Shown piece after piece: positions 1 through 11,425 of a stretch of DNA of 64,000 bases (positions are counted from its first letter, which is position 1; the number at the start of each line of letters is the position of its first letter). The stretch is taken from the NCBI GenBank assembly GCA_951406725.2, contig OX597814.1, positions 195,796,001 to 195,860,000 on the forward strand, written 5' to 3'. The notes beneath the pieces were generated by a model that was not told the DNA's origin, did not search any database, and saw only the letters and a program-made list of their open reading frames with translations. Position numbers and translations under genes: made by a program. The stretch is from Octopus vulgaris. Taxonomy: Eukaryota.

Positions 1-225
1 TTTCTTTATTGCCCACAAGGGGCTAAACACAGAGGGGACAAACAAGGATAGACAAAGGGATTAAGTCGATTACATCGACCCCAGTGCGTAAATGGTACTC
101 ATTTATCGACCCCGGAAGGATGAAAGGCAAAGTCGACCTCGGCGGAATTTGAACTCAGAACGTAACAGCAGACGAAATACGGCTACACAGTTCGCCCGGC
201 GTGCTAACGTTTCTGCCAGCTCGCT
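1..225 (-). mobile_element. tRNA-derived SINE family A, near full length
   Basis: Reverse strand reads GCGAGCTGGCAGAAACGTTAGCAC (A-box-like head), GAGTTCAAATTCC (B-box), GCCTTTCATCCTTCCGGGGTCGATAAA central domain, and tail ending CAATAAAGAAA. About 25 related copies or fragments occur in the window. Confidence 0.9.
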
Positions 226-360
226 TAGTTTCAGCTTAACAATAATACTTTGTTGGATGCATGAAATTTGGACATACAGCAGGGTAACATAATAGCAAAG
301 ATATATATTTACGTATATATGTATTTATGTATATAGGTGCAAGCGAGACTGTGTGGTAAG

Positions 361-420
361 AAACCGCGATCCTACGACCACGAGTCCGCTGCCCTAACCA
401 CTGGGCCATTGCGCCTCCAC
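361..420 (-). mobile_element. Isolated tRNA-like head of SINE family C
   Basis: Revcomp GGAGGCGCAATGGCCCAGTGGTTAGGGCAGCGGACTCGTGGTCGTAGGATCGCGGTTT matches the head of the copy at 22091-22397. Confidence 0.75.
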
Positions 421-919
421 AGCTTAACAATAATACTTTGTTGGATGCATAAAATCCTAACTCCATGAAGGTTCATTTCCACGTTAACCCATATTTGCTC
501 AACAGTCGTATGTGGTACTTAGTATATTTTTGAAAAATGCTAAACCGTTGTACTATATTTCAGTAATTTTCATCTGAAGCACCTCGAGATACGATAGTTT
601 GACCATAAGAACCGGCTATTGCAAGCAAAATTAAATATTCGAAAAAAAAAAAAACGCATTTGGCGAAATTTGGACATACAGCAGATTAACATAATAGCAA
701 AGATATATATTTATGTATATATGTATTTATGTATATAGGTGCAGGCGAGACTGTGTGGTAAGAAGTTTGCTTCCCAACAACATGGTTCCGGGTGCAAAAC
801 CTATCACCTCGTGATACCTTGGTCAAGTAGTCTTCTCTATTTCTAGGTTTCTTCTTATGAGGTTCATTTCCACGTTAACCCATATTTGCTCAACATTTCT
901 ATGAATCAAAATTATGTAT

Positions 920-1508
920 TATTTTCTACTCTAGGCACAAGGCCAGAAATTTTGGGGGTGGGGGCCAGTCGATGAGATCGACCCCAGTATGCAACAGGTA
1001 CTTAATTTATCGAACCCGAAAGGATGGAAAGCAAAGTAATGTAAAGACAGACGAAATACCACCAAGCATTTCGCCCGGCGTGCTAACGCTTCTTATTTCT
1101 TCATTGCCCACAAGGGCTAAACACAGAGGGGACAAACAAGGACAGACAAAGGGATACAGTAGATTATATCGACTTCAGTGCGTAACTGGTACTTAATTTA
1201 TCAACCCCGTAAGGACGAAAGGCAAATTCGACCTCGGCGGAATTTAAACTCAGAACGTAGCGGCAGACGAAATACCTATTTCTTTACTACCCACAAGGGG
1301 ATGAACACAGAGAAGACAAACAAAGACAGACAAATGGATTAAGTCGATTATATCGACCCCAGTGTGTAACTGGTACTTATTTAATCGACCACGAAAGGAT
1401 GAAAGGCAAATTCGACCTTGGCGGAATTTAAACTCAGAACGTAACGGCAGAAGAAATACCGCTAAGCATTTCGCCCGGCGTGCTAACGTTTCTGCCAGCT
1501 CGCCCCCT
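920..1508 (-). mobile_element. Nested/tandem cluster of three SINE A units (one short-tail, two long-tail)
   Basis: Repeated GGCAAA(G/T)TCGACCT(C/T)GGCGGAATTTAAACTCAGAACGTA blocks; unit junction GACGAAATACCTATTTCTTT at ~1267-1286. Confidence 0.85.
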
Positions 1509-1664
1509 TGATAAAATAAATATTCTTTTCTACTCTTGGCACAAGACTCGAAATACCCGTCGTGATAACGTTTCTGGAAGCTCACTGCCTTAATCGAGAT
1601 TATATATTGCAGCATTGACAGACATGCAAAAGAGCATAGTACATGCATTTACGTGTAATGTCTG

Positions 1665-2040
1665 TGAGTGTGCACGTGTGTGTGCATGTGTACGTGTGCA
1701 TGTGTATGTGTGTGTGTACGTGTGTGTGTGTGTACGTGTGTGTGCACGTGTGTGTGTACGTGTGTGTATGTGTGTGTACATATAAATGTACGTGTGTGTG
1801 TAAGTGTGTGTGTACGTGTATATGTACGTATATGTGTACGTGTGTGAGTGTGTACGTGTGTGTACGTGTGTGTACGTGCATGTGTGTGTATGTATGTGTA
1901 CGTGTGTGTGTGTGTATGTGTGTGTACGTGTATGTGTACGTTTATGTGTATGTGTGTTTGTGTGTACGTGTGTGTGTGTGTACGAATGTGTGTACGTGTG
2001 TGTGTGTACGTGTGTGTGTGTGTATACATGTGTGTGTGTC
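1665..2040. repeat. Degenerate (GT)n/(GTGTAC)n microsatellite
   Basis: Direct reading; it explains the H/T/V/C-rich ORFs here. Confidence 0.95.
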
Positions 2041-2274
2041 AATATCTTGTTTCTATAAAACTGAAACAATTCCATAGGTAGCTATGTAGGTAAATTGCAT
2101 GGCATATTTTAATAAATCACTAATAACGGACATGATTGATTTTTAATATAACTCAAGATTAGTCGCCATGGAAAAACTGGAAAAATTGTCAACTATAAAG
2201 AAAATGATATCGTAAATTTTAATCTTCAATATTTATTATGCGTTGGAAAAAGAATTTGCCATCTTTCTGTACGC

Positions 2275-2442
2275 AGACGTGGCATTATTGTAGGAAGTTT
2301 GCATACCAACTACAAGGTCCAATGTTCAGTTCCGTTATGTGTCACATTAGGCGAGTCAGATCGGTTTAATGAAAACTTTGTGAGTGGATTTGGTTGACAG
2401 AAACTGAAAGTATACCGTAATATATATAACTATATCTATCTA

Positions 2443-2479
<37 letters not shown>

Positions 2480-2765
2480 ATATATATATGACTGAAAGAA
2501 GTAAAAGAGTATACATATGTGTGTGTGTGTGTGTGTGTGTGTTTATATATGTGTTTGTCTTCCGATACAGCAGCCGCTCGACAACTGGTGTTGGTGTGTT
2601 TACGTTATCGTAATCAATCGGTTGGAGAAAATAGCTGGATAGAATAAGTACCAGGTTTTGAGAAAAAAGTACTGGAATCGATCCGTTCGACTTAAATTCT
2701 TCAAGGCGCCGCCTCAGCATGGCGGCAACCAAATGCCTGAAATAATTAAAACCTAAAGAGAAAAG
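2275..2765 (+). mobile_element. Diverged SINE family B copy with internal microsatellite
   Basis: GTGAGTGGATTTGGTTGACAGAAACTGAAAG, GATAGAATAAGTAC and CAGCATGGCGGCAACCAAATGCCTGAAA are colinear with the intact copy at 55643-56040. Confidence 0.75.
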
Positions 2766-3011
2766 ATACAAGGTCCGCACTCCGTACAAGTGCTTCCCAA
2801 GGTAAACGCCCGGATTATCGGCCTACTATACACACACACGGACGCACACACACACATACACACACACATATACCTACATACATATACATACATATAAATA
2901 CATATACATACACACACACACACAGACACACAATTTACGAAATTGAGGTATTACACTCAATATACAAAATTATAATTATTATAATTTTGTATATATATAC
3001 ACATATATAAA

Positions 3012-3317
3012 GAAGCATTCCGTCGGTTACTACAAGGGTTCCAGCTGACAAGATTAACGGATCAGCTTGCTCGTGAAATTAATGCGCACTCCACAGACAC
3101 GTATACCCTTAACGTAGTTCCGAGGGAGATTCAGCGTGAAAGTAACAAGGCTGGCTCTTTAAAATACAGGTGCAACTCACTTTTGCCAGCTGAGTTAGAC
3201 TGGAGCAGCGTGAAATAAAATGTCTTGCTCAAGGGCACAACACATCGCCGAGAATTGAAATCACGAACTTACGATCCTGAGCCGAATGCCCTAACCACTA
3301 AGCCACGCGCCTTCACA
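3012..3317 (-). mobile_element. SINE family D
   Basis: Revcomp head GTGAAGGCGCGTGGCTTAGTGGTTAGGGCATTCGG, then GTTGTGCCCTTGAGCAAGACA; tail ends AACCGACGGAATGC. Confidence 0.8.
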
Positions 3318-3362
3318 CTCACATACACACACATGTATATACATACGTATACTTACATATAC

Positions 3363-3396
<34 letters not shown>

Positions 3397-3397
<1 letters not shown>

Positions 3398-3733
3398 GAG
3401 GATCGCGGTTTCGATTCCCAGACCGGGCATTGTGAGTGTTTATTGAGCGAAAACACCTAAAGCTCCACGAAGCTCCGGCAGGGGATGGTGGTGAACCCTG
3501 CTGTACTCTTTCACCACAACTTTCTCTCGCTCTTTCTTCCTGTTTCTCTTGTACCTGTATTTCAAGGGGCCGGCCTTGTCACAATCTGTGTCACGCTGAA
3601 TCTCCCCGAGAACTACGTTAAGGGTACACGTGTCTGTGGAGTGCTCAGTCACTTGCACGTTAATTTCACGAGCAAGCTGTTCCGTTGATCGTATCAGCTG
3701 GGACCCTCATCGTTGCAACCGACGGAGTGCTCC
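3397..3733 (+). mobile_element. 5'-truncated SINE family C carrying the same tail as family D
   Basis: GGTTTCGATTCCC B-box; body matches 22091-22397; the tail from GAACTACGTTAAGGGTACACGTGTCTGTGGAGTGC to AACCGACGGAGTGC is shared with 3012-3317. Confidence 0.8.
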
Positions 3734-3859
3734 TACTACTCCTACTATATATATATATATATATATATATGGGTAGAAATTGATTTTAATCAATTAAAAC
3801 CAGTGGCTTAGCATATTAAAAAAAATCCGATTAAAAATTGTTTTAAATACAAAATTTCG

Positions 3860-3983
3860 AGGACTGACCACTAAAAGTGGACAGCCTATATGCTAAATAT
3901 AGACGTGAAATCGCCATTACCACAAGAATGATTTGACGTCTATGTTTAGCATATAGGCTGTCCACTTTTAGTGGTCAGTCCTG
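3860..3983. repeat. Inverted repeat, ~50-bp arms
   Basis: AGGACTGACCACTAAAAGTGGACAGCCTATATGCTAAATATAGACGTGAAATC versus GATTTGACGTCTATGTTTAGCATATAGGCTGTCCACTTTTAGTGGTCAGTCCT. Confidence 0.9.
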
Positions 3984-4052
3984 TGACCGCGTCTGTATCG
4001 TTGGTGATTTTTTTCCTCCGTCTTCCCTTCTTTGGATCTTTCCTTTTCCTGT

Positions 4053-4087
4053 GTTTCTGACGAAGAGCTCCGCTCGAAACGTTAAAC
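4053..4087 (+). ncRNA. Minimal type I hammerhead ribozyme motif (PLE-type)
   Basis: GTTT-CTGACGA-A-GAGC(TCC)GCTC-GAAAC-GTT-AAAC. Stem I GTTT/AAAC; loopless palindromic stem III ACGT; predicted GUU cleavage after 4083. Confidence 0.75.
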
Positions 4088-4285
4088 TCTCTTTCTTTCC
4101 TTCATTCCTGAGCGTCCAATAATACTATGCTTGTTCCACGTTCTCGCGTTGTTGTGTTTTTTTGTGTTTTCATGTTTGGATTAACTATACATATATATAT
4201 ACATATATATACATACATACATACATACATACATACATACATACATACATACATACAAACACATATATATATATATTTATGTATG

Positions 4286-4396
<111 letters not shown>

Positions 4397-5428
4397 TGAA
4401 GGATTGCGTGCTGTATCAGTTTTAATTGTATATTATTGTTCCTCTGATTTCTCATTTCGTTTCATCATCTGCATTTATAATTACTACTTTTCAGAAACTG
4501 CTCCTCGAGTTACAAACTTTGAAAAGAATAGTGACATAGCAAAGCCCTTCACTTTCCAAGCAGTATTTACAGTAATGAAAAACTATTGATCCGCGTATAT
4601 ATATAATCGATTGAGAGTTATCGATTTTGTTTCATTATGTACAAAATAAAAATCTAATTATTTTTCTGAAATTTTAATGATGAATTATTATTTGGCGATA
4701 GAATTTACGCGCTGATTAGTTCGATTAACTGTACCCTTCTCACACAGTAACAACTATTTCATATACCACTAACCCTTTCATTTACTCCCTGAGTCAATAA
4801 AGCCTTCTTTTATACAATGGTGTTTAGTGCTGTAAACAAGGATTGATTTACAAACAACAGGAATTCGAAATTATCTTCTCTAAATAAAGTCTACGAAGTG
4901 AATAAAAACTCGGAATTTTCGGCAAATGTTTGGGATTTCTTTATATTACGGCATTACGGAATGAATCTGTCTTGCATTGTTTTCCGGATTCTGTATTATC
5001 TGAATATTAAATCCTTTAAGAAGATAAAGTTCTTCCCTAGATTCCTTACCTAGATTTTGTTAATCTTTGAAAACTTTTCTCTGTATTTGGCATCGAAATT
5101 CATGAAAAAATATGATTTATTTGAAACCAAATCCCAAGAAATAGTGAGAATGTTGTTAACCACATATTCAGATAAATTTCTGTCTTCGTATGAAATATAG
5201 AAAGATAAATATTTAAATCTGGTTTTATACAAAGGATATTGACAGTAAAAATGTCTAACTTCGTTGCTCTGAAATGAAATACTAAGATCAAAACACTGGT
5301 TATGTGAAGCACCGATGCAGTGTATGGGTTTTCTAGGAGTGGAGTTTACAACGTTAGATTATTTCTCAAGATGGGTCACTCGGTGCATGCATACACACCC
5401 ACCCACACACCCACACACATATATATAT

Positions 5429-5595
5429 AGGCGCAGGAGTGGTTGTGTTGTAAGACGCTTGCTTCCCAACCACATGGTTCCTGGTTCAATCCCACTGCAC
5501 GGTAACTTGAGCAAGTGTCTTTTTATATAGCCTCGGGTCGGCCAAAACATTGAAAGTGGATTTGGTAGACGGAATGTGAAAGAAGCCCGTCGTAT
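5429..5595 (+). mobile_element. 5' half of SINE B
   Basis: GGCGCAGGAGTGGTTGTG...GGTTCAATCCCACTGC...GGATTTGGTAGACGGAA...GAAGCCCGTCG, then (TA)n. Confidence 0.85.
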
Positions 5596-5753
5596 ATATA
5601 TATATATATATATATATTTATGGTAATGAAAAGGGAGGAAATTCGATTATCCCCACGTTGTTAGTCGTAATATATATATAAGAAATTCAAGAAGGAAAAT
5701 GCACGCTCTTCACATAGTTTTCCTATAATCTTTAATATATCTTGTATTGTGTT

Positions 5754-5786
5754 TGTCGACCGGTTTCGCTTTCGCTATTCATGACA
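5754..5786 (-). ncRNA. Hammerhead ribozyme motif with compensated A3-U8 core
   Basis: Revcomp TGTC-ATGAATA-GC(GAAA)GC-GAAAC-CG-GTC-GACA: 4-bp stem I, GNRA-capped stem II, palindromic stem III ACCGGT, GUC site. Confidence 0.6.
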
Positions 5787-7376
5787 TTAAAATTTATTTA
5801 AATACGTATTTTCTTAAGAAGAATACTTTTTGTTCATAGAAGAATGAGAACATTACTCCATTACGAAAATACCGTAATCATTATATGAAATGTAATAAAA
5901 ACAAGAAAGCAGCCGGCTTGGCAGACTCCAACCACGTCGCTTTTCTGTTATTATCTATTTGATTATAATACACCAAAAGGATTTACGACTTGTCGGACAC
6001 CCCTAGATTATACCACGAACGTACTGTTCAACGTAACGCGAACTTTGGACCAGTCCCTAGGCGCTAAATGTTCATAGGGTTGCTTTTCTCTTTGTACACA
6101 ACTGGAATATCATATTTGATACATATCAGATATAGGTCGGAGCTACAGGTTTATTCAACCCTACCTCGTGCATATCTTTTCAAGTACCTGATTCTGTCTG
6201 AATCTTTGTTTTGCTATATATATATATATATATATATGCGATATCATGAGGATGGATATGTATATCATATCCACACAATAAGTAGCAAGTAACGTTTATA
6301 GAGATACAAGCTAATGATATTATTAAGGCTGTCTTGACATATTTAATGCTGGGCGAAACAAAATGACGATTAAGAAACGTTTTACGATGGACAGAAGTAA
6401 TAACCTTCACAGATTAAAATTACTTCGATTTCTCTTCTAGTACGTACGCAAAAACAATTTCAGAGAGGTTTCGGGTTTATTAAATCTCATCAATTAATCA
6501 TATGTCGGCATATTTGCCTAAGTAGCGTTGAGAGAATCATTAAGTAAATCTACACATATTTGTGAAGCAATATTCAAAGTAAATAAAAAAGATATTTCAT
6601 TGTTATATTTCATAGAGTTTGATGAGGCTCCACAATAAACTATGCAGATTTCTATTTCCTTGGTGCATGCAACTATCTTCAATTAAGTGATTACTGTCAA
6701 ACATCAAGTCTGTGATTATGTGGAATGAGGGAATAATTTGTTTGTGAGTTTTAAATATATCTTAAGAATATAAAATATATTTCATGATTTCGTTTGGCAT
6801 AGCGGCTCTACTAACCTTTTGTTAGAACTCCATAGTAAAGCGTTAGGAAAATGCAGTGCGTTATATTAATTAATGACAAGAGAACAGGATGACTACGATA
6901 ATATCAGTAAATGAGATTATGAAATGAAAACAGAGATTAGATTGCTTTAACGCCGTGCAGAATATTAATACACTAATACAGGTTCTTTTATTACTAAATG
7001 ATAAAGTCATTTAGTGTAATGAAGTTCAACTTGCCGTTTGCACCTCAAGTCCATCTTGTTCTTTTTCTTTGTTTCTGTCTGTGTGTCGGAATCGCCATCA
7101 TAGTAAAAAGATATATTTGTATGTTTGAAAACGATGGAGAATCAGGCGTAGCTGTTGTGTAAGTAGCTTGCTTCTCAATCACATGGCTCCAGGTTCAGTC
7201 CCACTGCGTGGCTCCTTGGGAAAGTGTCTTCTACTATAGCTTCGGCATGACCAAACACCTGTGAATGGATTTCGTAGACGGAAACTTAATAAAGTGTTAT
7301 ATATATATATCAGTCACCATGATAGATCGTTAGCCACTACACACATTTTTTTCTCTCCTTGTTTCTTTTGTGTCCC

Positions 7377-7410
7377 TTTCTGTAGAGGAGCGTAGGCTCG
7401 AAACGTAAAA
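7377..7410 (+). ncRNA. Hammerhead-like motif, A6U core
   Basis: TTT-CTGTAGA-G-GAGC(GTAG)GCTC-GAAAC-GTA-AAA; sister copy at 63012-63047 (-). Confidence 0.55.
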
Positions 7411-7495
7411 TATCTTTCTATTCCTGAGCGTTATACTAATACATGTTTGTTTTGTACACCACCTGTCTTCGTCTTTCGTTTTTTTCGGAAACTCT

Positions 7496-7553
<58 letters not shown>

Positions 7554-7639
7554 TTGTACATACATACATGGCCTTGCTTTTGCATTTTGAGCAAAAAAAA
7601 ATCAACTTAACTTATACATACATACATACATACATATAC

Positions 7640-7697
<58 letters not shown>

Positions 7698-7729
7698 TTT
7701 ATTTAAAGCAGCAGAAAATCCAACAAAAT

Positions 7730-7767
7730 CTGTTACTCTGAGTTTCACGTTGCCGTTCATCGGACAG
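7730..7767 (-). ncRNA. Hammerhead motif, U4C core, left arm of a palindrome
   Basis: Revcomp CTGT-CCGATGA-ACG(GCAA)CGT-GAAAC-TCAGA-GTA-ACAG. A mutated mirror copy lies at 7784-7821 (+); palindrome arms are 7697-7774 and 7778-7854. Confidence 0.65.
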
Positions 7768-7947
7768 TTTTTTGTAGCAAAAACTGTCCGATGAACGGCA
7801 AGGTGAACCTCAGAGTAACAGGTTTTGGTGAATTTTCTGCTGCTTTAAATAAAGCATATTATTGTACCACTGGTATTTGAGTACTCTTTTTTCCACCTTG
7901 TTTCACATTTATGTGTTTACTCCGGTATATATATATATATGTATATA

Positions 7948-8007
<60 letters not shown>

Positions 8008-8010
8008 ATG

Positions 8011-8088
<78 letters not shown>

Positions 8089-8094
8089 CATATA

Positions 8095-8167
<73 letters not shown>

Positions 8168-8239
8168 GTGACCTCGTGTGTACCGTTGGCGATTATTTTT
8201 TCCTCTGTTTTCCCTTCTCTGGATCTTTCCTTCTCCTAT

Positions 8240-8274
8240 GTTTCCGACGAAGAGCTCTGCTCGAAACGTTAAAC
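8240..8274 (+). ncRNA. Minimal hammerhead motif, same family as 4053, U4C core
   Basis: GTTT-CCGACGA-A-GAGC(TCT)GCTC-GAAAC-GTT-AAAC, within a ~200-bp cassette (8167-8375) homologous to 3983-4186. Confidence 0.65.
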
Positions 8275-8370
8275 CCTCTTTCTTTACTCCTTTTCTGAGC
8301 GTCCAATAATACTATATTTGTTCCGCATCCTCGCGTTGTTGTGTTTTTTTTTGTGCTTTCTTGTTTGGAT

Positions 8371-8413
<43 letters not shown>

Positions 8414-9365
8414 CAAGCAACTTGCAGATGAATGTGCTACCAGTTGAAAGCTTCACATACCAGATGCTAGCAAGTTTAATTGGTCATCAAAAGAGAATAC
8501 GCGCCGTTTCGGGGCTTAACTCTCGATGGCATCATTGATGCCGGGGCCCCCTTTCCGAAGTGAAGCTCCGCTTACTAGATCATCTGGTTATCATATATGT
8601 GTGTCTGTGTGTTTGTCTTTGTGTCTGTGTTTGTTTCCTACCACCGCCTAACAACCGGCGTTGATATATCTACGTCCCAGTATTGTAGCGGTTCAGCAAA
8701 AGAGAGACTAGGCTTTAAAAAAATGTGTTGGAGTCGAGTCACACGACTAAAAAATTCTTCAAGGTGGCGCCGCCGCACAACCACAGTCGAATGAATAAAG
8801 TAAGTCGTAGTTTCAATCAATAAATGTTTGTTCATCTACAAATAAAATGTATTAGTCAGCTACGAAATTAATAATTCAGCGAAACCATGTCAGTGAATTC
8901 CCCAGTTTTAGAAGCTTACCCCTACTAATCCTTCAACAATCTGTATTTTTGAGCAGCTGTAATATAACTTATTATGGGTATTTATGCTCAGTATTTATGT
9001 GGTTTTAACACGTAAAAATCATCAGCATAACTACTAAGCATTCTGTTCCGTAGTTGGTTGCTATTCCCAGGATGGCAAATCTGTCACTAAGCTTGTAATC
9101 TTATGTGTCAAGATTACACTCTTCTGAATGCATTTTGATTGGGTAATTTACATTATATAACAAATATTGACTTTGTTAATGAAACGTGCGTACGATGATG
9201 TGGCTAAATGTTTTGCAAACAATATATATATAATGTAGGTGTCTTATTTAGCAATTTTAAACCTAAAGGCAAATTTATAAACGTCACTAAAGTGACAAGA
9301 GTGAAAAGCAGTATGAGCATTGTTAAAAATAAGAGTAAAAACGACTCATTAGGCACAAAAAGCAC

Positions 9366-9425
9366 TATCCACTGACGAGAATTGAGATGCTCTGCATCAG
9401 GATTCGAAATCACGTTATATGGGTA
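9366..9425 (+). ncRNA. Type I hammerhead ribozyme, canonical core
   Basis: TATCCA-CTGACGA-GAATTGAGATGC(TCT)GCATCAGGATTC-GAAAT-CACGTT-ATA-TGGGTA. G10.1-C11.1 pair, 6-bp stem I with one GU, AUA site after 9419. Confidence 0.75.
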
Positions 9426-9565
9426 TATCTGCTACTTCAGTAGGGAGCTTTCTCTCCCTCGTCAACTTACTATGATACTGCTTTTTATTGCTGAGTCCTT
9501 TTTGACTCGCATTTCTAACAACAATACTGGAACCACTTTGTACCTTGTCAGTTTAGTAACGTTTA

Positions 9566-9645
<80 letters not shown>

Positions 9646-10004
9646 TGGGTATTTGGTGTAAGTGCTTGTGTGTGTGTGAGAGAGAGAGAGAGAAAGAGAG
9701 AGGAAGTATTGGGAAACAGCATGAAATCAATAATCACACAATGAAAACATCAAAAATGTGCAAACCAATAATTCTTGTTAATCATATCATTAGGATAAAT
9801 GTTGTGACAAAACCAGACGACTATATCAAAATATAGAATAATGGAGGTGTTTATTAAACACCCGCAGGTTTCTATAAATGTGTGTATATGTAAATATGTG
9901 TCTCTGTGTGTACATACACACACGCGCAGTCTAGCACACACACATTTACACGCATATACACAAACATAAGCATTTCTGTAAAAAAAACTATGTATAGGAA
10001 TATA

Positions 10005-10091
<87 letters not shown>

Positions 10092-10375
10092 GTATATATA
10101 TATACATACACAAATATATGTATGAGGATATATGTATACACATTGTTACGTACATACATATATATGTACATATATATAGAAGTATATATACATAAAATAA
10201 GTATGATTGTAAATATATATATATATATATGTATACATCTATATAGAAACACACATTCAAACACAGGCATCACACACACACACACATATATATTTACATA
10301 CAGAGAGACGGATGCTTATATTCATACACACGAAGAAATGTATATACGTATATGAGTGTGTTTGTATGTAGATGT

Positions 10376-10443
<68 letters not shown>

Positions 10444-10515
10444 GAGTGTGTGAATGTGAGTGTGTGTGTATGTACACATCTGTTTGTGTAAAGATTTATG
10501 CATGTATCTATCTGG

Positions 10516-10579
<64 letters not shown>

Positions 10580-10962
10580 CACACATACATCTACGGATAC
10601 AGATACAGGCATATACGCACTCGCACACGCATGCATACACTTAGGTATATATATATATATGTGTGTGTGTGTGCCTGTGTGTCTATGGGGTTGTGTATAC
10701 TGAGAAGCAAACTGTAAATCAGATAGCAACCCGATAGCATCATAAAATATCCTCAACCTCACCATAGAACATTTGAATGGAAAATCGATGGAACATATGC
10801 CTGCCATAGAAAAATAATAAAAACAGAAAACAAACAAAAAACTAAACAAAATACAAAAAAAACAAACAAAAACAAACAAACGAATCCTATACTTAAAAGG
10901 CCAGTAGAGAATATTTAAAGCACATAAAAAAACTTGTGCAATGCAGAGAGATATGTATGTGT

Positions 10963-10999
<37 letters not shown>

Positions 11000-11010
11000 A
11001 ACATACATAC

Positions 11011-11425
<415 letters not shown>

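Larger units (their letters stand above)
7143..8800 (+). mobile_element. SINE B split by ~1.3 kb of (TA)n and HHR cassettes
   Basis: Head at 7143-7290 and 3' half at ~8597-8800 are colinear with the intact copy at 55643. Confidence 0.6.

Noticed and set aside
92-292. Recurrent peptide RPRKDERQSRPRRNLNSER and its antisense LRSEFKFRRGRLCLSSFRGR
   Set aside because: These are SINE A read-through frames; many copies contain stops or frameshifts.
4495-4589. Possible terminal exon after TACTTTTCAG (TAPRVTNFEKNSDIAKPFTF...)
   Set aside because: There is no recognisable homology or supporting gene structure.
6456-6496. Minus-strand TTGATGA...CCCGAAAC hammerhead-like word
   Set aside because: C3 is lost without compensation, and there is no convincing stem III, NUH site or stem I; at best a relic.
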